Assembly: GCA_031406385.1 (NCBI GenBank)
Contig: JANOHI010000019.1
Span: forward strand, 1 to 55,682
Direction: 5' to 3'
DNA: 55,682 nucleotides
DNA from: Acidimicrobiia bacterium
GTDB taxonomy: Bacteria > Actinomycetota > Acidimicrobiia > Acidimicrobiales > JANYDT01
Numbering within the stretch: position 1 is the stretch's first letter; each line of letters opens with the position of its first letter. The position numbers were made by a program, and so were the translations under genes. The notes beneath the pieces were generated by a model, which saw nothing but the letters and a program-made list of their open reading frames with translations, had not been told where the DNA came from and searched no databases. Positions 15,557 through 25,574 of the stretch are shown piece after piece.

Positions 15557-16408
15557 TCAGCTCCAGCCCTGCGGCCCGCTGGTCTGGGCCACGTCGCCAC
15601 CGAAATGCACGTGCACACGATCTCGCGACGCGTCCACGAAGGCATCCGCGTTCGGCATGAGCTGCCCATGGGGATAGCGCGCATACTCCGTGCGGCCGGC
15701 CGGGCAGCGCACACCATTGCCATACGCCATCAGGTCGACATGCCACGGTGCAACCTCGCCCCATGTGTCGGCCCCCGAATACACCTCCATGAACAACGGG
15801 GCATGCGCTTCGATGCGCGCCGGCACACCGCTCATTCGTCGGGGGAAGCGCATCGCCCCGATCCACGTCGATTCGCCGGTCGGCTCCGGTCGGCCAGCGT
15901 CATCGGGGGCCTTCGGCGCGATGGGCACGATGGTGAGGTCGAACCAATCAAGCTCTCGGCCGTTGACCACATCGACCTCGGCACGGGTGATGGCCACCCG
16001 ATAGTCACCGACCGTCCAGTCGAACGTTCGGCGCACGCCCACGAAGCGTCCCTCATGGGTGCCGAGTTGGAAGAAGCCGTCGTCGGCGACGCGAATATCG
16101 GCGGCGTCGAACGACCACCAGGTGGAGAAGATGAGTCCCTTCCCCACGCCTTCCATGGTCTCGGGATGCTGAATGTCGGTCTGCAGGCCGAAGTAGAACT
16201 GCGAACCGTCGATGTAGCCGGAATACGGAGCGAGGTACTCCCCCACATCCGTCCCCGGATCGTTGTAGATCGTGATGTCGAACTCGAGCACGTCGAGTGG
16301 CGCCGGGAACTCCCAATGCACGTAGACGGCATGACACGGCATCTTGATCCGACCGAGCAACGGATCGCCGGTGGCGAACAGCGATGAAATGCGGTCACGT
16401 AGTCCCAT
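15557..16408 (-). CDS. Hypothetical beta-rich protein (283 aa)
   Basis: Fills the space between hisA (1-bp gap) and nucS (3-bp gap); aromatic-rich, protein-like composition. Confidence 0.7.
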   Translation of the reverse strand: MGLRDRISSLFATGDPLLGRIKMPCHAVYVHWEFPAPLDVLEFDITIYNDPGTDVGEYLAPYSGYIDGSQFYFGLQTDIQHPETMEGVGKGLIFSTWWSFDAADIRVADDGFFQLGTHEGRFVGVRRTFDWTVGDYRVAITRAEVDVVNGRELDWFDLTIVPIAPKAPDDAGRPEPTGESTWIGAMRFPRRMSGVPARIEAHAPLFMEVYSGADTWGEVAPWHVDLMAYGNGVRCPAGRTEYARYPHGQLMPNADAFVDASRDRVHVHFGGDVAQTSGPQGWS

Positions 16409-16409
16409 G

Positions 16410-17201
16410 TCAGCCCTCGGCGCTCGAAACAGCTCCCGATGCCACGCGACACGTGACGACCCCTTCGTGAACCGTAAAGCGGTGTTCGTAGATCGCCTTT
16501 CCGGCAATCGCCCCAGCGAGACGGCGACCGTCACGCCGCGACACCAGCCCGCCGAGTACCGAGAGGTCACCGAGCGACGAAACCCCACCACTGGCGATGA
16601 TGTCGATGGACGACGCATCGAGCGCACGTGCAAGGCCGTCCACATCCGGACCCGTCAGCATCCCATCACGACCGATCTCGGTGATCACCGCGGCGGCCAC
16701 GCCCACGTCGTCGAAACGGGACAACAGGCTGAACAGCTCCACGCCGGTGCCGGCCGTCCAACCGTGCGCGGCGACCTCATAGGACCCGTCGGTCAGCGCC
16801 CGGGCATCGAGTCCGACACCGACCTGACCCGCAAAGCGCGGCGCCACCGACGAAATGAACTCGGGATCCTGCACGGCCCGCGTTCCCACGATCACCCTGG
16901 CCACACCGAGCCCGAGGAGTTCCTCGATGTCGTGCTCCGAACGAACACCTCCACCCGACTGCACACGTACATTCAGCGCGCCTACTTCTTTGGCAATCGC
17001 CGCGACAACCGCACGGTTCGCGCCCGATCCCGTGCGGGCCGCGTCGAGGTCGACCGTGTGGATCCACACCGCTCCCGCCTCCGCGAACGAACGCGCGACC
17101 GCCACGGGATCGTCGCCGTAGATCGTCTCGTCGGCGTAGTCACCCTGACGGAGACGAACGCACTTTCCGTCACGGATGTCGATGGCGGGATAGAGCTCCA
17201 T
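16410..17201 (-). CDS. hisA: ProFAR isomerase
   Basis: LYPAIDIRDGKCVRLRQG, HTVDLDAA, SGGGVR, RDGMLTGP, IASGGV. Confidence 0.95.
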   Translation of the reverse strand: MELYPAIDIRDGKCVRLRQGDYADETIYGDDPVAVARSFAEAGAVWIHTVDLDAARTGSGANRAVVAAIAKEVGALNVRVQSGGGVRSEHDIEELLGLGVARVIVGTRAVQDPEFISSVAPRFAGQVGVGLDARALTDGSYEVAAHGWTAGTGVELFSLLSRFDDVGVAAAVITEIGRDGMLTGPDVDGLARALDASSIDIIASGGVSSLGDLSVLGGLVSRRDGRRLAGAIAGKAIYEHRFTVHEGVVTCRVASGAVSSAEG

Positions 17202-17204
17202 CGC

Positions 17205-17837
17205 TCAGCCGATGCTGGCAACGAGCCAAGCCCGTCGCACGAAGTTGGCGAGCAGCGCGAGTCCCGAAGCCGACGATTTTTCCGGATGGAACTGGGTCCC
17301 CATGACCGAGCCCCGCTCCACGACCGCCCCCACCGGTCCGCCGTAGTCGCAGACCCCGACCACGTTGTCGTGCAGCTCTGGCGCGAACGAGTGGACGAAG
17401 TACATCCACGGTTCGACCGACTCATCGAGCAGAACCGATGGCCGGCCGGCGTAGGAGGTCACAATGTTCCACTGCATCTGCGGCAGCTTCACGTCGCCGG
17501 TCACCCGGCGCACTGTGCCGGGAACGAGTCCGAGGCCGGCCACCCCGCCGTTCTCGTCCGACCCGTCGTGCAGCATCTGCATGCCGACGCAGATCCCAAG
17601 GAACGGCCGTCCGGAGGCGGCGAAATCGTGAACGGTCGACCGCAGGCCATAGGAATCAAGCGATTCCATACAGCGACCCATCGCACCGACACCGGGGAGC
17701 AACACCGCGTCAGCCGCGGCGATCACCGACGGGTCACTCGACACCTCAACCCGGGCACCGGCTCGTTCGAGCGCTTTCGACGCCGAGTGCAGGTTGCCGA
17801 TGCCGTAGTCGATGACAACGACGTTCGGTGCGGTCAC
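17205..17837 (-). CDS. hisH: Imidazole glycerol phosphate synthase, glutaminase subunit
   Basis: DYGIGNL, LPGVG, GICVGMQ, QFHPEKS. Confidence 0.96.
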   Translation of the reverse strand: MTAPNVVVIDYGIGNLHSASKALERAGARVEVSSDPSVIAAADAVLLPGVGAMGRCMESLDSYGLRSTVHDFAASGRPFLGICVGMQMLHDGSDENGGVAGLGLVPGTVRRVTGDVKLPQMQWNIVTSYAGRPSVLLDESVEPWMYFVHSFAPELHDNVVGVCDYGGPVGAVVERGSVMGTQFHPEKSSASGLALLANFVRRAWLVASIG

Positions 17838-18505
17838 AGCACGCCTTTGGTCGACGGCACCCCACCGGGCGATTCGATCCGAACCGCATCACGGAAGGCG
17901 CGAGCCACCGCCTTGAACGACGCTTCGATGATGTGATGGGTGTTCTTGCCGCTGATCATCCGCACGTGCAGCGTGATCATCGCAGCGGTTGCCAGCGCCC
18001 GCCAGAACTCTTCCGCCAACTGCGGGTCGAAGCCGGGATCACCGAGTAAGAAGTTCTCCCCTCGACCGCCGGAGGGGTCGACTTCGTAGACCAGGAACGG
18101 TCGACCGGAAAGGTCGAGAGCCACATCGACGAGGGCCTCGTCGAGTGGCACGGCAATCGACGCGAATCGACGAACGCCCGCCTTGTCCCCGAGCGCCTCA
18201 CGAATCGTTTCACCGAGCGCGATGCCGACATCTTCAATCGTGTGATGGGTGTCGATCTCGAGGTCGCCGACGCAGTGCACCGTGAGATCCCAGCCGCCGT
18301 GCTTGCCGAGCTGGGCAAGCATGTGGTCGTAGAAGGGTATGCCGGTGGCCACATCAACAACGCCAGTTCCATCGATATCAACGGCAACGACGATCGACGT
18401 CTCCTTCGTCGTCCGGCGGCGCTCGGCGAATCGACGCCGCAGAGCGCCCGTGGAAACCGGTCGATCCTGGGCACGAGCCGTCGGCGGTTTCGCGTTGTCG
18501 TTCAT
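17834..18505 (-). CDS. hisB: Imidazoleglycerol-phosphate dehydratase
   Basis: TGIPFYDHML, DTHHTIED, NTHHIIEASFKA, VPSTKGVL. Confidence 0.96.
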   Translation of the reverse strand: MNDNAKPPTARAQDRPVSTGALRRRFAERRRTTKETSIVVAVDIDGTGVVDVATGIPFYDHMLAQLGKHGGWDLTVHCVGDLEIDTHHTIEDVGIALGETIREALGDKAGVRRFASIAVPLDEALVDVALDLSGRPFLVYEVDPSGGRGENFLLGDPGFDPQLAEEFWRALATAAMITLHVRMISGKNTHHIIEASFKAVARAFRDAVRIESPGGVPSTKGVL

Positions 18506-19587
18506 GCCATCACGTCGCCGAGCGCAGCGACGAATCGATCATCCTCTTCCGGGGTCCCCACGGTGACCCGAAGGCACCCGTCGAGTCCGGGCCACGAGGC
18601 GCAGTTGCGGATCAGCACACTCCGGTCGACGAGACCGCGCCAAATGCCGTGAGCGTCGGCGGAGCGGGGCCGGAACAGCACGAAGTTGGCAGACGACGGC
18701 CACACTTCAACGTCGAGTGTCGAAAGCGCGCGTACCAATCGCTCCCGCTCCAGCACGAGTTCTTCAACGCGCGCCCGCATCTGCCGCTCGAATCGCAACG
18801 CCAGACGGCCGGCCGCCTGCTTCATCGAGTCGAGGTGATACGGCAACACCACCTTGTCGAGCTCGGCCACGACCCAGGTGGGAGCGATGCAGTATCCGAG
18901 CCGGGCCGCCGCCATCGACCATGTCTTCGAGAACGTCCGCGTGATGATCAGCGGCGCCTCTTCCGAGAACAGCTCCTGGGCTGACCACGGAGCGAACTGG
19001 CCGTAGGCCTCATCAACAACGAGCAGCCCCGGCAGCTCGGCGACGGCCGAAACCGCGTGCTCGATGACGTCGCGCGTCTCCAGCACACCCGTCGGGTTGT
19101 TCGGCGAGCACAGGAAGGTGACGGCCGGCCGATGCGATTGGATCGCCGCGACGACCTCCTCGGCAACGAGGCCACCCAGGGAACGCCGCTGCTCCGCCAC
19201 CACGGTGGCGCCGACGACGCGGGCGATCTGGCCGTGCATGGCGTAGGTGGGCTCGAAGGTCAGCACCCGACGTCCGAATCCACTGAAGGTGAGCAGGATG
19301 GTCTGGAGCACCTCGTTCGACCCGTTCGCCACAAAGACCTGTTCGGGCTGCACGCGGTGGAGCTCGGCGATGTCTTGACGCAGCGCCGTGGCACCGCGAT
19401 CGGGGTAGCGGTGGAAGTCGATGGATCCGACCTCGTCGGCCAGGAGCTCTTGCCACTGCGCAGGCGGCGGGAAAGGACTCTCGTTGGTGTTCAGCCGCAC
19501 ATCGACATGCACCTGCGGTGAGTGATACCCCTCGAGTGCCGTCAGGTCCTCACGAACGGCCAATCGACCGGGAAGTACGAGCGCCAT
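18502..19587 (-). CDS. hisC: Histidinol-phosphate aminotransferase
   Basis: LNTNESP, NGSNE, CSPNNPTG, VDEAY, RTFSK, RLGY. Confidence 0.95.
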   Translation of the reverse strand: MALVLPGRLAVREDLTALEGYHSPQVHVDVRLNTNESPFPPPAQWQELLADEVGSIDFHRYPDRGATALRQDIAELHRVQPEQVFVANGSNEVLQTILLTFSGFGRRVLTFEPTYAMHGQIARVVGATVVAEQRRSLGGLVAEEVVAAIQSHRPAVTFLCSPNNPTGVLETRDVIEHAVSAVAELPGLLVVDEAYGQFAPWSAQELFSEEAPLIITRTFSKTWSMAAARLGYCIAPTWVVAELDKVVLPYHLDSMKQAAGRLALRFERQMRARVEELVLERERLVRALSTLDVEVWPSSANFVLFRPRSADAHGIWRGLVDRSVLIRNCASWPGLDGCLRVTVGTPEEDDRFVAALGDVMA

Positions 19588-19691
19588 AAGGCAGGCAACG
19601 CTAGCGGTCTCGCGTCGAGCCCGGACCGCCGAAACGCAACAACGACAGCGCGAGGGCCGTCCTTGTCTGCTTCGGCCAGACTTGACCGACC

Positions 19692-19892
19692 ATGACGATC
19701 ACGTCGATCAAAGCCGAGCTCTCCTCCATCGAGTCAGCGCTGGGTGACCTGAACAGGCGACTCGATGATCTCGGCCGCAATCAGCAAAAGGAGAAGGGCG
19801 GCGAGGTGCTCGGTGCCGAGCTGCTCTCGGTGGAGTCGACGCTGCGCAACGGCCAGCGGCGTCTCGCCAAGATCGTCGACCGGATCCGCTGA
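19692..19892 (+). CDS. Small helical hypothetical protein (66 aa)
   Basis: Occupies an otherwise empty gap; heptad-like Leu pattern; GC3-rich codons. Confidence 0.65.
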   Translation: MTITSIKAELSSIESALGDLNRRLDDLGRNQQKEKGGEVLGAELLSVESTLRNGQRRLAKIVDRIR

Positions 19893-19918
19893 GCCGACCG
19901 GCGACCATCGGAGGCTCG

Positions 19919-20827
19919 CTAGAGGCCGAACGACCGGGCCATGAGGTTGCGGACCCGGTCCTCCCGCGAACGAGAGCGGAACACCAACATCGAGCTGACT
20001 GCGGCGGCCGTGGCCACGATGACCAGGGCCAACGATCCGACGAACTGCCCGAGAGAGGATCGCTGCCGCTCAACGACGACCGGCACGACCTGCGAGCGCA
20101 ACGAATCGATTCCGACGACGGCTTGCTGGAACGAACCGGCGAGCGCTCCACGCGGTCCGTCGGTCACGAACAGCAGCGACGCTTGAGCAGAGGTTCCCGG
20201 ACGTATGTCCGTCGTCACCCCATCAACGGTGATCGTCGGCGTGCCGGGCACCATGAAGGGCGCACTCACGCCCGACGCATCGATCGACCGCTCGAGCCCG
20301 TTCACCCGGATCAGCGAACGTCTCCCAGGTGAGCGGAGGTCCACCACGCGAAGGGCACCGGAGTCAGCCGGCGCGTCGACAACGATGCTGCGCGGCGCGG
20401 CCGGCGTGCCCAGCACGAAGATGGTCTTGCGAGCGCCCGACGGAACGTCCACGACAATCGTTCCGGATGCCTGAGCCGCTGCTGGCGCGGGTGTCGAACG
20501 GCGGGTGTCGGCCCAGGCAAACGTGATCCGCTGCCGCCCCCCGGGCACGACGATGGCCGACGTCGCCACCAGCGACGGCACGCCGCGGGCCCGCACTTTG
20601 TTCCCGATCCACAGCGTCATCGGCAGGTCGTCGGAGAGCGCATTCACGATCTGCACCGAACCCATGGTCACCGGCCCGGGTGAGACCACGGCGACCGAGC
20701 TCGGCGTCGTCGCGCCAGCAACGGGCGCGACCGATGCCACAAACGGCGCCAGCAGACAGAGCGCCGCCGTGAGGGTTCGACGATCGAGACGGCACCGCAT
20801 CGGGGTTTCTATCGGCGCTGGAACCAT
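19919..20827 (-). CDS. Exported protein with C-terminal membrane anchor (DUF4397-like)
   Basis: Signal-like RRTLTAALCLLAP, VQIVNALSD motif, C-terminal hydrophobic helix plus basic tail; start uncertain. Confidence 0.6.
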   Translation of the reverse strand: MVPAPIETPMRCRLDRRTLTAALCLLAPFVASVAPVAGATTPSSVAVVSPGPVTMGSVQIVNALSDDLPMTLWIGNKVRARGVPSLVATSAIVVPGGRQRITFAWADTRRSTPAPAAAQASGTIVVDVPSGARKTIFVLGTPAAPRSIVVDAPADSGALRVVDLRSPGRRSLIRVNGLERSIDASGVSAPFMVPGTPTITVDGVTTDIRPGTSAQASLLFVTDGPRGALAGSFQQAVVGIDSLRSQVVPVVVERQRSSLGQFVGSLALVIVATAAAVSSMLVFRSRSREDRVRNLMARSFGL

Positions 20828-20915
20828 CGAACTTGACCGAGGGGCAGCGCGCGGGCACCGCCGAACGCCACTCCCGGCCCACTCACCGGCCCGCTCGCCC
20901 TACGCTGACCGGCCG

Positions 20916-21560
20916 ATGGCACGACCGCGAACTCCCAAAGGCCGGGCCGCGGCCGTCCGAACCCGACTGGCCGAGATCTACCCCGAAGCACTGTGCGAAC
21001 TCGACCACGAGAACGCCTACCAGCTGATCGTGGCCACGATCCTCTCGGCGCAGTCGACCGATCAGCGGGTCAACCTCGTCACCCCGGCGCTGTTCCGTCG
21101 CTATCCCGAGCCGATCGACCTGGCCCATGCTGACCAGGAGGAACTCGAGGCGCTGATTCATTCGACCGGGTTCTTCCGGGCCAAGGCGGCCAGCCTGAAG
21201 AAGATGGCGAATCGTCTGGTCGAGGTCTACGGCTCTGCGGTGCCCGGTGACATGGACGACCTCACCTCCCTCGCCGGGGTCGGCCGCAAGACCGCCAACG
21301 TGGTCCGCAGCGTCGCCCTCGGCCTGCCCGGCCTGCCCGTCGACACCCACGTGATCCGCCTGATGGGCCGCCTCGGCATCATTGAGGAGAAGGATCCGGT
21401 GAAGATCGAGCTCTTCCTCAACGAGCTCATCCCCGCCGGCGAGCGGGGACCATTCAGCCTCCGGACCATCCTCCACGGGCGCCGGGTCTGCGGCGCCCGC
21501 AAACCGAACTGCGCCGAGTGCGGACTTTCCGACGTCTGCCCGAGCGCGTTCAAGGTCTGA
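20916..21560 (+). CDS. nth: Endonuclease III
   Basis: LIVATILSAQSTD, HhH LAGVGRKTANVV, VDTHV, [4Fe-4S] motif C-X6-C-X2-C-X5-C. Confidence 0.96.
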   Translation: MARPRTPKGRAAAVRTRLAEIYPEALCELDHENAYQLIVATILSAQSTDQRVNLVTPALFRRYPEPIDLAHADQEELEALIHSTGFFRAKAASLKKMANRLVEVYGSAVPGDMDDLTSLAGVGRKTANVVRSVALGLPGLPVDTHVIRLMGRLGIIEEKDPVKIELFLNELIPAGERGPFSLRTILHGRRVCGARKPNCAECGLSDVCPSAFKV

Positions 21561-21655
21561 CCCCCCGCTCTGTCGACCGCTCTGCCGAGTCCCGCCAACT
21601 CCTGCCCACGCGCCGTCACGGCCTGACCCTCACCCCAGGCACGTAGGCTCGGGTC

Positions 21656-22564
21656 GTGGATCTCTCGGTGCTGCGCACGCTGAACGACGGCGACCGTCGA
21701 TCGATCCAGGTCCTCCTCGACCGGGCCGCCGCCGCCGACGGCCACTACGGGCTCAACGACGAGGCCTGGCTCGACTACGTCGACGGCGCTCGACCCGGTT
21801 TCGCTGCGGTGCTGATCAACGAGACCGGCCACGACCACCTCGTCGCCTACGGCCAGGTGACCAAGACAGGCGACGGCGCCTGGGCCCTGCACACCGTCAT
21901 CGATCCCCACCACCGCTTCGGCGCGGTCAGCGAGGTCAGCGCGCTGCTCGACGCCTCCCTCGACGTGATCGACCACGAGGGCGGCGGTGACGTGCACTAC
22001 TGGGTCTCGCATCCGACGTCGGCCAACGACGAACTGGCCGAGAGCCACGGGTTGCACCGGGGGCGCGACCTACTCGAGATGCGGGTCGACCTGCCGCTGG
22101 CCGAACGAACCGACATCGTCACGAGACCCTTCGAGCTGGGTCGGGACGAAGAAGCGTGGGTACGGGTCAACAACCGTGCCTTCGCGTCGCATCCCGAGCA
22201 GGGAGGGTGGACCCTCGAGGCCCTTCGCCGACGCGAGACCGAGGAGTGGTTCTATCCGCCCGGCTTCCTCCTCCACGAGATCGACGGCGACATTGCCGGC
22301 TTCTGCTGGACGAAAGTCCACGCAGGTCCAGTAGCGATGGGTGAGATCTACGTGATCGCCGTCGATCCCGACCACGCCGGCAAGGGGCTCGGCCGTCAGC
22401 TCACGATCGCCGGCTTGCAGTCGCTCTCCGACCGTGGGCAGCGCGTCGGCATGCTGTTCGTTGACTCCGACAACACGACCGCGGTCCGTCTCTACGAGAA
22501 GCTCGGTTTTCGTGTCGATCATGTGACCCGGGCCTACGGGGCCACCCGGGCGAGCGCCGGCTGA
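21656..22564 (+). CDS. mshD: Mycothiol synthase (tandem GNAT)
   Basis: NNRAFASHPEQGGW, GFCWTKVH, GEIYVIAVDP, LFVDSDNTTAVRLY. Confidence 0.92.
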   Translation: MDLSVLRTLNDGDRRSIQVLLDRAAAADGHYGLNDEAWLDYVDGARPGFAAVLINETGHDHLVAYGQVTKTGDGAWALHTVIDPHHRFGAVSEVSALLDASLDVIDHEGGGDVHYWVSHPTSANDELAESHGLHRGRDLLEMRVDLPLAERTDIVTRPFELGRDEEAWVRVNNRAFASHPEQGGWTLEALRRRETEEWFYPPGFLLHEIDGDIAGFCWTKVHAGPVAMGEIYVIAVDPDHAGKGLGRQLTIAGLQSLSDRGQRVGMLFVDSDNTTAVRLYEKLGFRVDHVTRAYGATRASAG

Positions 22565-22594
22565 CTGTTCGCTGCGCCGCGTAACGTAGGGGCC

Positions 22595-22669
22595 ATGACG
22601 TTTCTCGCCGTTGTGCTCGTCGCCTCCGCCGTGATCGTCGCCCTCGCCTTCGTGAACCGCAACCGATGA
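22595..22669 (+). CDS. Putative 24-aa single-TM small protein MTFLAVVLVASAVIVALAFVNRNR
   Basis: Read from the sequence (below the ORF-track cutoff). TAACGT 7 nt upstream; its TGA overlaps the rlmN ATG (ATGA). Confidence 0.6.
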   Translation: MTFLAVVLVASAVIVALAFVNRNR

Positions 22670-23739
22670 CCGACCCCACAGCGGTCACCTTGGGCCGGGT
22701 CCCGCGAGCGCCGGCACCGCGTTTTCGCTTCGATCTCGGTCCCGATGATCTCGCCGCGCTGCTGCCCGGTGAGCCGGCATTCCGCTCCCGCCAGATCTGG
22801 GAGGGGCTGTACGCCCAGGGACGCGAGCTTGACGAGCTCACGAACGTCTCGAAGACGTTGCGCGCCCGCCTGGTCGACGAACCCACGCTCGCGAGCGCGC
22901 TGTCGTGTGTGCACGAGTCGGCCGACGAAGGCGCGACCACCGTGAAGTGGCTCTGGCAACTGCACGGCGGCGCCCAGATCGAAACGGTGCTGATGCACTA
23001 CGACGATCGCTCCACGGTATGCATCTCCTCGCAGGCCGGCTGTGCGATGGCCTGCGGCTTCTGCGCCACCGGACAGGGTGGCTTCGAGCGCCACCTCTCG
23101 GTCGGGGAGATCGTGGAGCAGGTCATCCGCGCCCGACGTCGCGCCGCCGACGACGGCCGACGCCTGTCGAACGTCGTCTTCATGGGTATGGGCGAGCCGA
23201 TGGCCAACTACAACGCCGTCTGGGGGGCGGTCGAACGACTCCACGGCGACCTGGGGCTGTCGGCACGCCATCTGACGATCTCGACGGTCGGGATCGTCCC
23301 CGGGATCAAGCGCCTCACCACAGAGCGCCTGCCGGTCAACCTTGCGGTGTCGCTGCATGCCGCGAACGACGAATTGCGCAACGAGCTCGTACCGATCAAC
23401 CGCACGTACCCACTCGATGTCCTCGCCGAGGCGTGCGAGGACTACGTCGATGCCACCGGTCGCCGCCTTTCGTTCGAATGGGCACTGATCGCCGACACCA
23501 ATGACCGTCGCCAAGACGCCATCGAGCTCGCCGACTACGCCCGGTCGCTTCGAGCGCACGTGAACCTGATTCCGCTCAACCCGACGCCCGGCTATCCGAC
23601 GATCGGCACCGAACGGGCCGGGGTCGTCGCGTTTCGCGACGAACTCACCGAGCGCGGCGTGAACGCCACGATCAGACAGAACCGTGGCACTAGCATCGAC
23701 GCCGCGTGCGGACAGCTCCGGGCGACGCACCGGGCCTGA
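22666..23739 (+). CDS. rlmN: Radical SAM 23S rRNA m2A2503/tRNA methyltransferase
   Basis: CISSQAGCAMACGFCATG, FMGMGEP, SLHA, AACGQL. Confidence 0.95.
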   Translation: MTDPTAVTLGRVPRAPAPRFRFDLGPDDLAALLPGEPAFRSRQIWEGLYAQGRELDELTNVSKTLRARLVDEPTLASALSCVHESADEGATTVKWLWQLHGGAQIETVLMHYDDRSTVCISSQAGCAMACGFCATGQGGFERHLSVGEIVEQVIRARRRAADDGRRLSNVVFMGMGEPMANYNAVWGAVERLHGDLGLSARHLTISTVGIVPGIKRLTTERLPVNLAVSLHAANDELRNELVPINRTYPLDVLAEACEDYVDATGRRLSFEWALIADTNDRRQDAIELADYARSLRAHVNLIPLNPTPGYPTIGTERAGVVAFRDELTERGVNATIRQNRGTSIDAACGQLRATHRA

Positions 23740-23788
23740 GCAGCATCCCGGTTGGGAATGGGTCGGGCACCGGCCCTACGGTTGGGGA

Positions 23789-24238
23789 ATGGCAAAGATT
23801 GCATTCGATTCCATCGCGAACCACGTCGGCGAGCACCTCGGGTACTCGGCGTGGCACAGTGTCACCCAGGAGCAGGTGAACAAGTTCGCCGATGCGACCG
23901 GTGATCACCAGTGGATCCACATCGACGTGGAGCGCGCCAAGGCCGGACCGTTCGGCGGGCCGATCGCCCACGGCTACCTGACCCTCTCACTCGCCCCGAT
24001 CCTCCTCGCTCAGGTCCTCCAGGTCGAGGGCGTGAAGATGGGCGTGAACTACGGGACGAACAAGGTGCGCTTCCCCTCACCCGTCCCGGTCGGCTCGAAC
24101 CTTCGCCTTGGCGCCCAGCTCGCCAGCGTCGAGGACGTTCCCGGCGGCAAGCAGGTCACCATCGTGGCCACGTTCGAAGTCGAGGGCGCCGCCAAGCCGA
24201 GCTGTGTCGCCGAGCTGGTGTTCCGCTACTTCGGCTGA
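23789..24238 (+). CDS. MaoC family (R)-enoyl-CoA hydratase
   Basis: FADATGDHQWIH, IAHGYLTLSL, NYGTNKVRFPSPV. Confidence 0.92.
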   Translation: MAKIAFDSIANHVGEHLGYSAWHSVTQEQVNKFADATGDHQWIHIDVERAKAGPFGGPIAHGYLTLSLAPILLAQVLQVEGVKMGVNYGTNKVRFPSPVPVGSNLRLGAQLASVEDVPGGKQVTIVATFEVEGAAKPSCVAELVFRYFG

Positions 24239-24280
24239 CGGGCTCGGCTGACGTGCTCCAGTCGATCGGAGAGAGCGACC

Positions 24281-25324
24281 CTACCGGCCGTCGTTGACGG
24301 CATCTCGGGCGACGTCGGCAAAGAAGCCGACGTAGCCGGGGTTCAGCCGAATGGCATCCTGCGCTTTCTTGCCGGAGCCGAGCTTGGCATTCTTCCCGGC
24401 CAGCACGACGTTCTGCATGCTCGAAGGATCTATGCTGCGGGCGATCTGGGCGAGCGCCAACATGTCCGTCGGCTTCAGGTTCGTATCGGCGTTGGCCTGA
24501 AGGATTCGAACCCAGCGCACCAGCCCGGGGGCGTCGCTCACTTCTTCACGAAGCTTGGCGAGCGAATACAACAGCAGCGAACCCTGGTTGAACGAGCGGG
24601 TGAAGTCACCGTTAGCCACGCCCTTGCGATTTCGGGAGAACGCGAGGGCCGCCTGGCCGTTCATGGCGAACCAGCCCTTCTTGAATGTCGCGCCCGAGGC
24701 CGTGTCGTTCATCGCCGGATCGACGAGCACGTTCACGCCGCCGATCTCATCGACCATCTTGACGAAGCCACCGAACCCGGTGATCACGTAATCCTCGATC
24801 TTGAGGCCGGACAAACGGTTGATCGAGTCGAGGAGATCCTTCGGTCCGCCAGTCGCGAGCGTCTCGGTCAGCTTGCGCTCACCTTTGGCGGTGGGGACGA
24901 TCGAGTCACGTGGGAACCCCACGAGAATGCCCTTGTTGAATGCCGGGTTCCACAGGAGCACGTGGATCGAGTCGGCACGGGTGCGACTCACCGGCTGACC
25001 TTCTCGAGCATCGGATCCGACGATCAGGAGCTTCAGGATCTTGTTGTTCGGAACGATCTTCGTCGTGGCCGCCTCGAAGCTCTTCTCACCCACAAGGCCG
25101 GCGTCGCCCGAGGCGACATCCCAGAAGAACGGCGCGGCGGGCTTGGGGGGACGGCCGTTCGGAGCCCGGAGCACCTTGTTCGGAGTCTTTGGTTTGACGG
25201 CCTTCGCGGTTTTCTTGTTCGTCTTCGTCGCCGCGAGGACCGGTCCAACGGTGAGTGCCGCAGTGATCGAAGCGGCGAGCAGCGCGAAGCCGAGACGACG
25301 AGATGTGGTGAGGGGTCGTATCAT
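24281..25324 (-). CDS. LCP (LytR-CpsA-Psr) family protein
   Basis: LIVGSDAR, RADSI, FPRD, FVKMVDEIGGV, ALAFSRNR, DFTR; N-terminal signal/TM. Confidence 0.9.
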   Translation of the reverse strand: MIRPLTTSRRLGFALLAASITAALTVGPVLAATKTNKKTAKAVKPKTPNKVLRAPNGRPPKPAAPFFWDVASGDAGLVGEKSFEAATTKIVPNNKILKLLIVGSDAREGQPVSRTRADSIHVLLWNPAFNKGILVGFPRDSIVPTAKGERKLTETLATGGPKDLLDSINRLSGLKIEDYVITGFGGFVKMVDEIGGVNVLVDPAMNDTASGATFKKGWFAMNGQAALAFSRNRKGVANGDFTRSFNQGSLLLYSLAKLREEVSDAPGLVRWVRILQANADTNLKPTDMLALAQIARSIDPSSMQNVVLAGKNAKLGSGKKAQDAIRLNPGYVGFFADVARDAVNDGR

Positions 25325-25574
25325 GAGGATTCTCCTATGGAGCCGATCGCGATCGAGGTTGCCAATCGTTGGTATCGGGCATGCACCGGCGCCTACATGT
25401 GCCCCGGTGTCGGAAGTATCAAACCCTAGGCGTATGAGGATCTCGTGACGGGGACCTGAGCGCCTTACGCAGCTCGACCGAGGAGACGTCAGTTCTCATG
25501 AGAGCACGACCGAAGTGCAACGTTCGCATAATCGAAACCTTCCTGCCGCGCTCGGCAACGCACGAGCGTTTACC

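Noticed and set aside
23761-23782. GGTCGG-N10-TACGGT, near-match to the PafBC motif before MaoC
   Set aside because: Mismatch in the core TGTC and no DNA-repair rationale.
25325-25574. Divergent LCP/ppk2 spacer as a possible riboswitch
   Set aside because: No known aptamer motif recognised.
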